DNA of 64,000 nucleotides, from contig CAZHMU010000005.1 of NCBI GenBank assembly GCA_964533825.1, forward strand, positions 31,599 to 95,598. The letters run 5' to 3'. Under the pieces are notes generated by a model. The model saw only the letters and a list, made by a program, of their open reading frames with translations. It did no database searches and was not told the origin of the DNA. This document shows, piece by piece, positions 32,968 to 43,912 of this stretch. How positions within the stretch are numbered: the first letter of the stretch is position 1; every line of letters begins with the position of its first letter. The position numbers and the translations under genes are program-made. This DNA comes from an uncultured Oscillospiraceae bacterium. GTDB taxonomy: Bacteria > Bacillota > Clostridia > Christensenellales > CAG-314.

Positions 32968-34671
32968 TTAGTCGTCTGCACCGCCAAGCATTGTCATTTT
33001 GTCTTTGGGTTGTTCGGGCTTGGAGTCGCCGTGTTTTACAAAGCACATTGTCACAAATGCAATTCCTACAAAGATTGTTGCATAAGGGAACAAAATTGAC
33101 ATTGTACCAAATGTATCCATCAACCAACCGGAAAGAATTGGTGTGATAACTTGCGCTGCCATACTTGCAGTGTAGTAGTAGCCAGTGTACTTGCCGATGG
33201 TGGAGCCTTGTGCAAGCTCAACAACCATTGGGAAGCTGTTTACGTTGATTGTTGCCCAAGCAATACCAGCCAAAGCAAACAAAATTGTAATCAAAAAGTC
33301 TGGTGATGATGCAGTGATAAATGTTGCCCCAAAGAAAGCGGTAAACAACAAGCCAACGCCAATCATGATGGTCTTTTTGCGACCAAGCTTGCTTGCAATC
33401 ATACCAACAGGGATGTATGCAACAACTGCCGCTGCTTGAGCTATCAAAAGTGTTGTGTTGTAGTCTTTGTTCAAAACGTTTACCGCATAAACACTGTACT
33501 TGCTTGTTACTGCGTTGTATCCAGTAAACCACATTGCAACGGACGCAAGGATAAATATCAAAGATATCAATTTGTCCTTTGGCAATTTTTCCGACACAAC
33601 AGGAGCGTCCGCCTCTGGTTCAGATTGAGTATTTTGTTGTTCTTCGGCGTCAAGTTTTGCTTGTTCATCAAGCATTTGTTGGTTCCATTTTTTCTCTTTT
33701 ACAGTCAAAATGAACACTGTCAAAGCAATCAGCATGATTCCGCAAACGGTTGCAACAAACCAGCGGTAGTCCATCAGTTGATTTTGCACCTTGCCTGTGC
33801 CAAATACCATACCAAGTAGTAACACCAAAATACCACCAGCTGTGCCCATCAAGTTGATGATGGCGTTAGCCTTGCTACGTAGTGGTTTTACTGTAACGTC
33901 TGGCATCAATGCAACGGCAGGAGAGCGGAACGTCGCCATGCTAATCAATGTCATCAAAAGCACGATGATAAAGATTACCAACACAAACACGTTGCCTTGT
34001 GTGATGCTCTTTGCAAACAAGCTTTCCGCACCGGATACCAGTGTCGAGTAGGTATTGGTGGTGCGAACACCATCAGGTACAGCATCTTTGTTTTCGTACA
34101 CTGTGTAGGTATCGGTGTGTGTATCAAAGGAGTAAACGCTGTCGTAGTTGATACTTTCGTACCAAGCTTGGAGATCTGCCTTTTCTTGATCGGTCAAGTT
34201 GGCGTAGTCCTTGTTGTAGTACACGCGTGCGGTGTAGTCAGCCAAGGAGTACTCTTGTGCTACGTCAGCATTTGTGATGGAGTGGTACTCGCGGTTGGAC
34301 AAAACGTATTCGTCCTTTTGTTGCCAGTAGGTGGCGTTTGATCCATTTTCGTCCTTGATTTTTTTGAGCTGGGCAGCATCAACAAAGGACAAACTTACAA
34401 AGCAAACCACTGCCAAAATTGTACCCATCACAATGAAAGGTGTGCGTTTGCCGTACTTTGTGTTGGCCTTGTCGGACAATGCACCAAAAATTGGCAACAT
34501 AAACAACGCCAAGATGTTGTCCAAGGACATAACGAGACCCGACCAAGTTTGGTCAAGACCAAATTTGTTTGTGAGCATAAGTGGGATGATGGCATCATAC
34601 GCTTGCCAAAATACGCAAATCAGGAAAAATGCAAATCCCACGAGTAACGTGCGTTTACTGTTGAGTTTCAT
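32968..34671 (-). CDS. MFS transporter with a ~130-aa hydrophilic insertion
   Basis: Start is Met14 of the track ORF (AAAGGGAAG RBS). GALSDKANTKYGKRTPFI is an MFS loop 2-3 motif, and there are ~12 TM helices. The insert DAAQLKKIKDENG...ITQGN follows TM3. Confidence 0.75.
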   Translation of the reverse strand: MKLNSKRTLLVGFAFFLICVFWQAYDAIIPLMLTNKFGLDQTWSGLVMSLDNILALFMLPIFGALSDKANTKYGKRTPFIVMGTILAVVCFVSLSFVDAAQLKKIKDENGSNATYWQQKDEYVLSNREYHSITNADVAQEYSLADYTARVYYNKDYANLTDQEKADLQAWYESINYDSVYSFDTHTDTYTVYENKDAVPDGVRTTNTYSTLVSGAESLFAKSITQGNVFVLVIFIIVLLMTLISMATFRSPAVALMPDVTVKPLRSKANAIINLMGTAGGILVLLLGMVFGTGKVQNQLMDYRWFVATVCGIMLIALTVFILTVKEKKWNQQMLDEQAKLDAEEQQNTQSEPEADAPVVSEKLPKDKLISLIFILASVAMWFTGYNAVTSKYSVYAVNVLNKDYNTTLLIAQAAAVVAYIPVGMIASKLGRKKTIMIGVGLLFTAFFGATFITASSPDFLITILFALAGIAWATINVNSFPMVVELAQGSTIGKYTGYYYTASMAAQVITPILSGWLMDTFGTMSILFPYATIFVGIAFVTMCFVKHGDSKPEQPKDKMTMLGGADD

Positions 34672-34925
34672 AAAAAACTTCCCTTTCAAAATATTTGCCA
34701 CAATGGGCATAGTGGTTGCGATGATGTCAAAAACAATACAACCCCCAAATCACTTTGCAGGTGTTTTGTTTTTGCACATCAACTTGTTGCCACAACACTT
34801 TAATTATATAGGAAAACAATGCAAAAGTAAAGACCCCAACTGAAAATTGCCAGCAACTTTTTCAGTTTTTACCACTTTTTACCACATTTTGCGCATATAC
34901 TAACACGATATATCAGGAGCAACAC

Positions 34926-36128
34926 ATGGCAAAGATCAAGATAGTAAAGCCTTCCAAACCAAAACCACCAAAGAGCAACGTCAAGTTGCGAAAAATAACT
35001 CCGCAAATTGTCGCCCAAGCATTGGTGATTTTGGCAGTGTTTGGTGTGATAATTTTTTCCTTGCCCAATTTGCCACAAACTCCCACAACGGATGCAAACG
35101 TAGGCTACCAAGGTGTCATCAATTTGTGGCTTGTGGACAGCTTTGAAGGTGGCAGTGGTAGCCGTCAAAGCTGGCTTACCAAACGCTCTGCCAAATTTGA
35201 AACTCAAAACAAAGGCCTGTTTGTATGTGTGACGACGCTGACAGAAAGCCAACTGATGGACAAACTTGCTGATGGTCAAAACTTTGATATGATTTGTTTT
35301 TCACGCGGGGTGGGAGCATCCCTTTTTGACAAGCTCGCCCCTTTGAACGTAGATTTTGGCGCAGTTATGGACAACTTTCTTGAAAGTGGCAGAGTGGGCA
35401 ATACAACCTACGCAGTGCCAGTGTATGCAGGGGTGTATTGCCTTTTTGCAAGGCAAAGTCAGCAAAGTGGCGATTTGCTTTCCAACTGTCTCACAACAAC
35501 TTTCACACGAAAGGTTGGCAAAAACAAGGTGGAACTTGCGCCATTGGTGTGCGGATTTACTCCATACAACAGTCCATTGACGGCGCTTGCAATGAGCGGT
35601 GGCAAAGGTGTTTTTCAGCCAGACTACACCAAGTCACAGTATGCCGCCTACGAGCAGTTTGTGGATAACAAAACAGCCGTCACCTTGCTTGGCACTCAAC
35701 GAGATATGTACCGATTGGACAAACGTCTGCAACTGGGCAAGATGGAAAATCTTTTGTTTGCTCCCCTGACAGCCTACACCGATTTGGTTACCTACGTTGG
35801 CGTAAGTAACACCACGCAAAACACCAATGTTTGCACAAAGTTTGCGCAGTACCTACTTTCCGACACAGTGCAGCAGAGCGTTGTGGATATGTCAATGTTT
35901 AGCGTGACAAAGCAAGATTTGTACACCAAAGATTGGTACACCCTTTGCGAAAAGGGACTTGCCAATGCCTACGTGCCAAATGTTTTTGCTCATTTAGATA
36001 CCATTTCAAACTCTCGCCAAACGGCATTGGACACGCTAAAAGGACCAAGCGGAAAGGAAACACTCGGTGAGCTGAACAAACAAGGATGGTTTATTGAATC
36101 ATCCTGTTTGTCTTACGAAAAACGCTAA
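34926..36128 (+). CDS. membrane-anchored periplasmic-binding-protein-like protein, function unknown
   Basis: A Lys/Pro-rich N-terminus and one TM helix (IVAQALVILAVFGVIIF) are followed by a ~340-aa exported body with SBP-like spacing (INLWLVDSFEGG...YAVPVY). Confidence 0.5.
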   Translation: MAKIKIVKPSKPKPPKSNVKLRKITPQIVAQALVILAVFGVIIFSLPNLPQTPTTDANVGYQGVINLWLVDSFEGGSGSRQSWLTKRSAKFETQNKGLFVCVTTLTESQLMDKLADGQNFDMICFSRGVGASLFDKLAPLNVDFGAVMDNFLESGRVGNTTYAVPVYAGVYCLFARQSQQSGDLLSNCLTTTFTRKVGKNKVELAPLVCGFTPYNSPLTALAMSGGKGVFQPDYTKSQYAAYEQFVDNKTAVTLLGTQRDMYRLDKRLQLGKMENLLFAPLTAYTDLVTYVGVSNTTQNTNVCTKFAQYLLSDTVQQSVVDMSMFSVTKQDLYTKDWYTLCEKGLANAYVPNVFAHLDTISNSRQTALDTLKGPSGKETLGELNKQGWFIESSCLSYEKR

Positions 36129-36239
36129 CACGTATTGCAAAAAAACCGATATGTATTGCAAAAACTCAAACAAATATGGTAAACAAAACGCAACGCGTCT
36201 TATAAAAACACATCAAAAAATGCCACAAATACAACGCCT

Positions 36240-37202
36240 ATGAACACTCAAAAAGTAACCTCAAAAATGAAAAAATTTTCCATCCCAACAAGCGCAAATT
36301 GCACCTTTTCGCAGTTGACAACTCTTGCTGTTGGCGGTAAAATTGAGTTGACCATTTTTCCACAACAAACATCCCAGCTAATTTCTGCAATAAGGTATCT
36401 CAAGCGCAACAAGATACCTTTTTGTATCATTGGCAAGGGCAGTAACATCCTTGCAAGCGACAATCACTTTGATGGCGTTGTTGTGTCCACAAAAAACCTA
36501 AACAGCGTTGTTGCCGAAGGTCACTATGTAACTGCCCAGTGTGGTGCGCCCACTGCAAAGGTAGCACAGTTGTGCGTAGCAAAGGGGCTGACTGGTTGCG
36601 AGTTTCTTGCCTGCTTGCCCGCAAGCGTTGGCGGTGTTACCGCCTGCAATGCCGGATGTTTTGGTCAGTGCGCTAGCGATATCGTACACTCTGTCAAAGT
36701 GCTGGACAATGGTGTTGTCAAAAGATTTACTCGCGAGCAGTGTTGTTTTGCTTACCGCAACAGCATTTTCAAAAATGGCAATTTTGTTATTTTGGAAGTA
36801 ACCTTTTGCTTTCAACCATCCACACCTACCCAGGTTACACACAAAATCCAGTGGATGAAAACGCAAAAAAGCAAAACGCAACCGCTTGGCGCAAAAACGG
36901 CAGGGTGTGTTTTGTACAATGAGCAATTTGCCGTATCTCGACTTGTTGACCAAGCTGGGCTCAAGGGCTACCAAGTAGGCCAAGCAAAAGTTTCAAAAAA
37001 GCACGCAGGATTTGTCATAAATATTGACAAAGCCACGTCAAAGGATATATACTTACTAATAAGGCATATTCAGCAGGTTTTATACAAAACCTACAATGTC
37101 AATTCTCGCATTGAGCTGAATTTAGTCAACTTTACCGAGGACAAAAATGACATTTTCACAAACGACCAAACTGGAAATCCTCAAAACCCTTCGTCACATT
37201 AG
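36240..37202 (+). CDS. murB: UDP-N-acetylenolpyruvoylglucosamine reductase
   Basis: FAD-binding TTLAVGGK...IIGKGSNIL and the C-terminal AGCVLYN/GFVIN motifs. The start is possibly Met10 (36267). Confidence 0.88.
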   Translation: MNTQKVTSKMKKFSIPTSANCTFSQLTTLAVGGKIELTIFPQQTSQLISAIRYLKRNKIPFCIIGKGSNILASDNHFDGVVVSTKNLNSVVAEGHYVTAQCGAPTAKVAQLCVAKGLTGCEFLACLPASVGGVTACNAGCFGQCASDIVHSVKVLDNGVVKRFTREQCCFAYRNSIFKNGNFVILEVTFCFQPSTPTQVTHKIQWMKTQKSKTQPLGAKTAGCVLYNEQFAVSRLVDQAGLKGYQVGQAKVSKKHAGFVINIDKATSKDIYLLIRHIQQVLYKTYNVNSRIELNLVNFTEDKNDIFTNDQTGNPQNPSSH

Positions 37203-38091
37203 GAGTTGCTGTGCGACTTCCTTTTTGACTGCCGTTTTGAAAAGTATCGGCAGTTTGACGCTGGGCTACAAGAGTTTTGGTTTTGTGTTGGAAAGCGACA
37301 ACCACGAAATGCTTACCTACTGCAAACACCTTTCCGAAGTGACTTTGGGTATTTCTGCGGAGATTGAAAGCTCCAATTTGAACGTCAAAGGGGAAGCGGT
37401 GTACAGCTGTGAGTTTTTGGGCAACATTGGCGAAAAGCTTGGCCTTGTGTATCGTGATGACGATGGCACAATGCAAATCAACAACAACATTAGCGAAATC
37501 TTGCCCCAAGATGATTGTTGTAAACGCGCCTTTATGCAAGGGTTGTTTGTTGCAAGTGGCTCGGTAGTAATCCCTTTGGGTTCTGACGACCTTGCAGAAA
37601 GCGAAACAAGGGGCAAGTATCACCTTGAACTTCGTCTTGCCAACAACAACTTTGCAAAAGCGGTGCAACAACTGTTTGCCGAATGGGATTTCCACACCTT
37701 GGAGCGCAAAAACCGCACCATATTGTACCTAAAGGAAAGCGAAAAAATTGCCGACTTTTTGGTATACTTGGGTGCGATGAGCGCAAGTTTGAAGTTGGAA
37801 AACGTCATCATCGGTCGCAGTCTTCGCAACACAGCCAACCGCCAAAGCAACTGCATTTCCGCCAACATCGACAAAGCTATCCAAGCGTCGGAAAAGCAAC
37901 TCAATGCCATTGCAACCTTGCGACAAAAAGGACTGTTTGACAGCTTGCCCGACAACCTGAAGGAGATAGCTCTTCTCCGTGAAGAACTGCCCGAGGCGGG
38001 GTTGGAAGAACTTGCCAACCGCCTTGGCATATCCAAGAGTGGTGCAAACCACCGACTTACCAAATTGATACAGCTTTCTCAAAAAGATTAG
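37147..38091 (+). CDS. whiA: DNA-binding sporulation/cell-division regulator WhiA
   Basis: MTFSQTTKLEIL N-terminus, a degenerate LAGLIDADG body and a C-terminal HTH (LANRLGISKSGANHRLTKL). RBS GAGGA. It overlaps the murB 3' end by 56 nt. Confidence 0.9.
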   Translation: MTFSQTTKLEILKTLRHIRSCCATSFLTAVLKSIGSLTLGYKSFGFVLESDNHEMLTYCKHLSEVTLGISAEIESSNLNVKGEAVYSCEFLGNIGEKLGLVYRDDDGTMQINNNISEILPQDDCCKRAFMQGLFVASGSVVIPLGSDDLAESETRGKYHLELRLANNNFAKAVQQLFAEWDFHTLERKNRTILYLKESEKIADFLVYLGAMSASLKLENVIIGRSLRNTANRQSNCISANIDKAIQASEKQLNAIATLRQKGLFDSLPDNLKEIALLREELPEAGLEELANRLGISKSGANHRLTKLIQLSQKD

Positions 38092-38106
38092 CACACAGGA
38101 GACAAA

Positions 38107-41100
38107 ATGAAACCATTTGTTCACTTACACGTTCACACCGAGTACAGCCTTTTGGACGGCGAAACACGCATTGACGAAATGCTGGACAGGTGTTTAGAAT
38201 ACGAAATGCCTGCTATTGCCGTAACCGATCACGGCAATATGTACTGCGCGTGGAAATTTTTGAAAGCAGCCAAAGCCAAGGGTGTCAAGCCCATCATTGG
38301 TTGCGAAGTATATATGTGCGAGGACTTGCACGCCGAAGGTGTCACCAACCGCGAGTATTTCCACTTGATTTTGCTGGCAAAAAACAACACCGGCTACTAC
38401 AACTTGTGCAGACTCAATTCCATTGCCTTTGTGGAAGGATTCTACTCCAAGCCACGTTTGGACTTTGAAACCCTTGCAAAGTACTCCGAAGGCCTTGTGT
38501 GCTTATCCGCTTGTATCGCAGGTCAACTGCCAAGACTTTTGCTTGCCGACCGCTATCAAGAAGCTAAGGAACTTGCACGGCAGTACAAAGATTTGTTTGG
38601 CGACGACTACTACATCGAAATTCAACGCCACGGTATTGCCGACGAAGAGGCGGTAATGCACCAACTTGTGCAAATTGCACGTGAATTGGACATCAAAATT
38701 GTTGTCACCAACGACGTTCACTATCTCAAGCAAGAGGATGCCGAGCTGCAAGACATCATGATGTGTGTTGCAATGGGACGCTACGTGGACGACACCGATC
38801 GTATGAAGTTTGAGGGGGACCAATTCTATCTCAAAGACTACGACGAAATGGCAAGCTTGTTTCCCAATTTGCCCGATGCAATGCAAAACACATTGGAAAT
38901 TGCCGACAAGTGCAACGTGGACTTTGGCAGAGAAAAACTTTTGCCACTGTACACCCCACCAGGGGGGATGTCTTCCCCAGAGTATTTGAGATTTTTGTTG
39001 GAAGAAGGTCTCAAAAAGAAGTACCCAGTTGTTACTGACGAAATTCGCGAACGTGTCGAGTACGAGTACGGCGTTATTTGCGATATGGGTTTTGTGGACT
39101 ACTACCTTATCGTTTGGGACTTTATCAACTACGCCAAAACAAACGGAATCCCCGTTGGCCCTGGTCGCGGTAGTGGCGCAGGTAGCGTAATCGCCTATCT
39201 CATTGGTATCACTGACGTTGAGCCTTTCCGCTTCAATTTGATGTTTGAGCGCTTTTTGAACCCTCAACGCAAGTCCATGCCCGACTTCGATATCGACTTT
39301 TGTATGGATCGCCGTGGCGAAGTTATCGACTACGTTCACAACAAGTATGGCCACGACAACGTTTGCCAAATTGTAACATTTGGTACAATGGCCACCAAAA
39401 ACGCCATCCGCGACGTTGCCAGAGTAATGCGTTTTTCCGTTGCCGACTCCAACCGCCTTGCAAAGATGGTTCCCGACAACTTCAAGTACACACTCCGCCA
39501 TTTGCTTGGTAAAAAACCCTACAAAAAGCCGGAAGATACCTACATTTCTCAAGAGCTTATAGATGCCTACAACGACCCAGCCACCCACAAATTGTTGGAT
39601 TGCGCAATGCGTCTTGAAGGCTCTCCACGTAACACAGGTATGCACGCAGCAGGCGTTGTTATCTGTCGCGAAAAGGTAAGCGACCACGTACCCTTGCAAA
39701 CAAACGGTGGTCGTGCATCCAAGGGCGGTGTGGTAACCACCCAATACAACATGATCGAGGTGGAAGAACTCGGTCTTTTGAAGATGGACTTTTTGGGTTT
39801 GAGAACACTTACCGACATTAAAAAGGCCTGCGACTACGTTTACGAAGATCACGGTGTAAAGGTTGATTTCTCAACGGACAGTTACGCCGACCAAAACGTA
39901 TTTGCCAACATTGCCAGTGGCGACACAATGTGCATCTTCCAGCTTGAAAGTGGCGGTATGGCTGACCTTATGCACCGCATGAAGCCCACCGACTTGGAAG
40001 AAATCATCGCGGGTATCAGCTTGTATCGTCCCGGTCCAATGCAGTACATTGATGACTTTATCGCTTGCAAGTTTGACAAATCCAAAATTCACTACTTGCA
40101 CCCATCAATGGAATCCATCTTGGCGGTAACAAACGGCTGTATCGTTTACCAAGAGCAAGTTATGCAACTGGTAAAAAAACTTGCAGGCTTCAGTACAGCT
40201 CTTGCGGACAACGTGCGTTATGCCATGTCCAAAAAGAAAACGCAAATGATGCAAGACCTTGGTAAATTGTTCATCCATGGTGGTACTTGGCCGGCCAATG
40301 GCGAAACAGTTCCCGGATGTGTCAACAATGGTATTCCGGAAGAAGTTGCTCAAAAGATTTACGAGCAACTGGATGCCTTCTCTCAATATGCATTCAACAA
40401 ATCACACGCAACTTGCTACGCGTATGTAACCTACCAAACAGCTTGGCTCAAAACCTACTACCCAACGGAATTGATCTGTGCATTGCTCAATAACCGCATA
40501 AACGATATTTCCTTGATCAAAAAGTATATGGAGTATGCCAAGTCCCAAGGTATTGCCGTTTTGCAACCTTGCGTCAACAAATCTCGCGAGTTGTTCAGCG
40601 TGGAAAACGGTGCATTGCGTTTCGGCTTGGGTGGTATCCGCAACGTTGGTGTGGACGCTATCAAAAAACTTGTTGACGAACGCAACCAAAATGGCGAGTT
40701 TGCCGATACAAGCGATTTGTACGAGCGTTGTGCAACCTTCTTGAACAAGCGCATGATTGAAAACTTGATCAAGGGTGGTGCATTTGACTGCTTTGGTCGC
40801 ACTCGTGCGGATATGTTGCAATTTTATATGCAAGAGTACGACGAAGTGTTGGAGCGTGCCGAACGTCGCAAGACAGGTCAAATGTCCTTCTTCGATTTGA
40901 TGCCCGAGCTAAAATCTAACATCCGTCCTCAACACGAGCAAATCCCAGAGCTGCCCAAACAACTGCTGTACACCTTCGAAAACGAAGTTCTTGGTTTGTA
41001 CATGACGGGTTCTCCTTTGGACGACTACGACAAAATTGCCAACCAGTATCGCTTTGACTTTTCCACAAAGATCACCGCGCCCTACGTGCCCGATGGTGCG

Positions 41101-41652
41101 GAAGATGGCGAAAAGGTCTACCCCAAGGTGGAAAAACGCTCCGTTATCACTGGTGGTATTTTGCGCGATATCCGCATTGTTATCGGCAAGGACAACAACA
41201 AAATGGGCTTTGCCGTATTGGAAGACAAGTACGACTCCATCGAAGTTAGTATCTACGGTGCTAACTACGAAAGATACAAGCACCTGTTTGTAACTGACGC
41301 ATTCGTAGTAGTCAAAGGTGGCCTTTCCGAAGCGCGCGAAGGCTACAAAATTGTCATCCGCGAAATCATCAACCCCAACTCGGAAGAAAACCAAAAGAAA
41401 GCTGCAGCGGAGCTTGCTCAAACGCAATCCAAACCAAACGTTACATTGTGGCTCAAGATGGACGAGCGCAGTGACGAAAAGTTTGCACAAGTGCAAAGCA
41501 TTTTGGACCAATACCCAGGCGATATCCCTGTAAAAATCAAAATTGAAGGCAAAGCTTACACTTTGGACCAAAAGGTGCGCCGTTGCTCGGCCATCGAGTA
41601 CGAACTGGGTGGTTTGCTCGGCGACAAATGCGTTGTATTTTTTGAAAAATAG
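38107..41652 (+). CDS. dnaE: DNA polymerase III alpha subunit
   Basis: PHP domain HLHVHTEYSLLDG, the palm/fingers region (PDFDIDF) and a C-terminal OB fold; 1181 aa. Confidence 0.95.
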   Translation: MKPFVHLHVHTEYSLLDGETRIDEMLDRCLEYEMPAIAVTDHGNMYCAWKFLKAAKAKGVKPIIGCEVYMCEDLHAEGVTNREYFHLILLAKNNTGYYNLCRLNSIAFVEGFYSKPRLDFETLAKYSEGLVCLSACIAGQLPRLLLADRYQEAKELARQYKDLFGDDYYIEIQRHGIADEEAVMHQLVQIARELDIKIVVTNDVHYLKQEDAELQDIMMCVAMGRYVDDTDRMKFEGDQFYLKDYDEMASLFPNLPDAMQNTLEIADKCNVDFGREKLLPLYTPPGGMSSPEYLRFLLEEGLKKKYPVVTDEIRERVEYEYGVICDMGFVDYYLIVWDFINYAKTNGIPVGPGRGSGAGSVIAYLIGITDVEPFRFNLMFERFLNPQRKSMPDFDIDFCMDRRGEVIDYVHNKYGHDNVCQIVTFGTMATKNAIRDVARVMRFSVADSNRLAKMVPDNFKYTLRHLLGKKPYKKPEDTYISQELIDAYNDPATHKLLDCAMRLEGSPRNTGMHAAGVVICREKVSDHVPLQTNGGRASKGGVVTTQYNMIEVEELGLLKMDFLGLRTLTDIKKACDYVYEDHGVKVDFSTDSYADQNVFANIASGDTMCIFQLESGGMADLMHRMKPTDLEEIIAGISLYRPGPMQYIDDFIACKFDKSKIHYLHPSMESILAVTNGCIVYQEQVMQLVKKLAGFSTALADNVRYAMSKKKTQMMQDLGKLFIHGGTWPANGETVPGCVNNGIPEEVAQKIYEQLDAFSQYAFNKSHATCYAYVTYQTAWLKTYYPTELICALLNNRINDISLIKKYMEYAKSQGIAVLQPCVNKSRELFSVENGALRFGLGGIRNVGVDAIKKLVDERNQNGEFADTSDLYERCATFLNKRMIENLIKGGAFDCFGRTRADMLQFYMQEYDEVLERAERRKTGQMSFFDLMPELKSNIRPQHEQIPELPKQLLYTFENEVLGLYMTGSPLDDYDKIANQYRFDFSTKITAPYVPDGAEDGEKVYPKVEKRSVITGGILRDIRIVIGKDNNKMGFAVLEDKYDSIEVSIYGANYERYKHLFVTDAFVVVKGGLSEAREGYKIVIREIINPNSEENQKKAAAELAQTQSKPNVTLWLKMDERSDEKFAQVQSILDQYPGDIPVKIKIEGKAYTLDQKVRRCSAIEYELGGLLGDKCVVFFEK

Positions 41653-41690
41653 TCATTGCAAGTTCGCACAAAACGCAAACATAAACAAAA

Positions 41691-41730
41691 CACAACAGAC
41701 ATCTCAACAGCGAGATGTCTGTTGTTTTAT
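41691..41730 (+). terminator. terminator after dnaE
   Basis: ACAACAGACATCTC / GAGATGTCTGTTGT 14-bp stem plus T-run. Confidence 0.8.
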
Positions 41731-41923
41731 TGAGTAAAAAGTTCGCAAAAATACCGCAGTGCTTTGCGCCCAATTCAGTTTATTTTCATAGAAAAGTACT
41801 ATATATTACATATTGTTGCCAAGTTTTGTAACGTCTTGTTGCGTCGGTAAAATTACAACCATTAGTTGACAAATTTTGTCACTAAAGGTCAAACAAAAAT
41901 ATCAAATTGCAATAAATAGTTTG

Positions 41924-41953
41924 TTGACATCACGCAAAACTTGGGTGTATAAT
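41924..41953 (+). promoter_or_regulatory. promoter of the ABC exporter operon
   Basis: TTGACA, 18 nt, TATAAT. This places the track GTG start (41990) in the leader and supports ATG 42083. Confidence 0.55.
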
Positions 41954-42082
41954 ACTTAAGATATGGTTTTTTAGCTCCAGCGCAAAAAAGTGCGCAAACT
42001 TTGCTACAAAACCAACCTAAAAAACGTAACAAAAATTTCTCAACTGCGGTATCTCCGCAAACTGAACAAGGAAGTAAACAAA

Positions 42083-43912
42083 ATGATCAAAAAACTACTA
42101 AAATGGGCAAAGGGGTACGAAAAGTACGCAATACTTACCATTGTGCTGGTGCTTTTGGAAACAGCCTTGGAAGTTGTCCTTCCCATGTTTATGTCCAATA
42201 TTTTGAACTCGTTGCAGTCCTTTAGTACCAACAAGGGCCTCATTGCCGATGTCACTTTTTTGGAGTGGTCGTCATTTGAGATTCAAACATTGCCCAAGTT
42301 GACTGTGGTCAGTGCCGAGGCTTTGTTGGATATAGTCATCACCTACGGCATCTTGATGGTAATCTCATCCGCCATTTCTCTTACGTTTGGTGGTCTTGCA
42401 GGCTACTACTGTGCAATGGCAGGTGCAGGTTTCTCCAAAAATGTCCGCGCAAATTTGTTCAACAAAGTGCAAGAGTTCTCCTTTGCCAATGTTGATAAAC
42501 TTTCCACAGCAAGCTTGGTAACTCGTTGTACAACCGACGTAAACCACGCGCAACAATCCTTTATGATGTTGATTCGTACAGTATTCAGAGCGCCATCAAT
42601 GCTTATTTTCTCCACCATTATGGCATTTATCAACCAACCACAAATGGCTTGGGTATTTTTGATCGCTGTACCACTTTTGGGCGTTGTAATGGCTGTTTTG
42701 GCTACCAAAGTACATCCTTACTTCAAAAATATGTTCAAAAAGTACGACAAAATGAACGCTTGCGTGCAAGAAAACTTGACAGCAATCCGCGTTGTCAAAG
42801 CATTTGTTCGCCAAGATCACGAAATGGACAAGTACCAAGTTGCTACCGAAGACGTACGTCAACACCAATTCAAAGCGGAAAGCATCATGATTTTGATGAA
42901 CCCCTTGACAAGCACAGTTATGTACGGCACAATCATCGCATTGTTGCTCATTGGTGGTACAGACATTGCCAAAGGCACAATGGCATCTGGTACACTCTCC
43001 GCAATGATGAGCTACTCCACACAAATTTTGAGTAGCGTTATGATGATTTGCTTTATCGCTGTTCAACTTGTAATGAGTAGAGCGTCCATCGACCGTATCA
43101 GCGAAGTATTGGAAACACAACCAACCATTACCGATGGTCCAAGCGATGCAACGGTGGAAAGCGGTAGTATCGTGTTCAACAACGTGAGTTTCTCCTACTC
43201 CAACGACAAAGACAACCCCACCTTGGAAAACATCAACCTCACCATCAACGCTGGCGAAACCGTTGGTATCATTGGTGGCACAGGTGACGGCAAGTCCAGT
43301 TTGGTACATCTCATCCCACGTTTCTACGACGTTATGGAAGGCGAAGTGCTTGTTGACGGACGCAACGTAAAAGACTACTCACTCTACAACCTTCGCGAAG
43401 GCGTATCAATGGTTTTGCAAAAGAACGTTTTGTTTAGCGGTACAATTCGTGACAACCTGCTTTGGGGTAACGAAAACGCAACGGACGAAGAAATTTCCCT
43501 TGCTTGCAAGTACGCTTGCGCAGACGAATTCATCAACAGCTTCCCAGATGGATACCAAACCGACCTTGGACAAGGTGGTGTAAACGTATCCGGTGGACAA
43601 AAGCAACGTCTTTGCATTGCTCGTGCCATTTTGAAAAAGCCCAAAATCATGATTTTGGACGACTCCACAAGTGCTGTTGACACAGCAACCGATGCAAAAA
43701 TCCGCGCAGGTCTCAAACAACTTACAGGTATGACAACAATAATCATCGCGCAACGTATTTCTTCCGTTGCCGATTGTGACAAGATTGTAGTGTTAGATGA
43801 CGGCAAAATCAACGCCGTTGGTACGCACGAACAACTTCTCGAAAGCTGCGAAATCTATCAAGAAGTCTATCACTCTCAACAAAAAGGTACTGTAGAAGGA
43901 GGTGATAACTGA
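42083..43912 (+). CDS. ABC transporter permease/ATP-binding protein (type I exporter half-transporter)
   Basis: AAGGAAG RBS. A 6-TM domain is followed by an NBD with Walker A GGTGDGKSS, signature VSGGQKQR and Walker B IMILDD. Confidence 0.88.
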   Translation: MIKKLLKWAKGYEKYAILTIVLVLLETALEVVLPMFMSNILNSLQSFSTNKGLIADVTFLEWSSFEIQTLPKLTVVSAEALLDIVITYGILMVISSAISLTFGGLAGYYCAMAGAGFSKNVRANLFNKVQEFSFANVDKLSTASLVTRCTTDVNHAQQSFMMLIRTVFRAPSMLIFSTIMAFINQPQMAWVFLIAVPLLGVVMAVLATKVHPYFKNMFKKYDKMNACVQENLTAIRVVKAFVRQDHEMDKYQVATEDVRQHQFKAESIMILMNPLTSTVMYGTIIALLLIGGTDIAKGTMASGTLSAMMSYSTQILSSVMMICFIAVQLVMSRASIDRISEVLETQPTITDGPSDATVESGSIVFNNVSFSYSNDKDNPTLENINLTINAGETVGIIGGTGDGKSSLVHLIPRFYDVMEGEVLVDGRNVKDYSLYNLREGVSMVLQKNVLFSGTIRDNLLWGNENATDEEISLACKYACADEFINSFPDGYQTDLGQGGVNVSGGQKQRLCIARAILKKPKIMILDDSTSAVDTATDAKIRAGLKQLTGMTTIIIAQRISSVADCDKIVVLDDGKINAVGTHEQLLESCEIYQEVYHSQQKGTVEGGDN

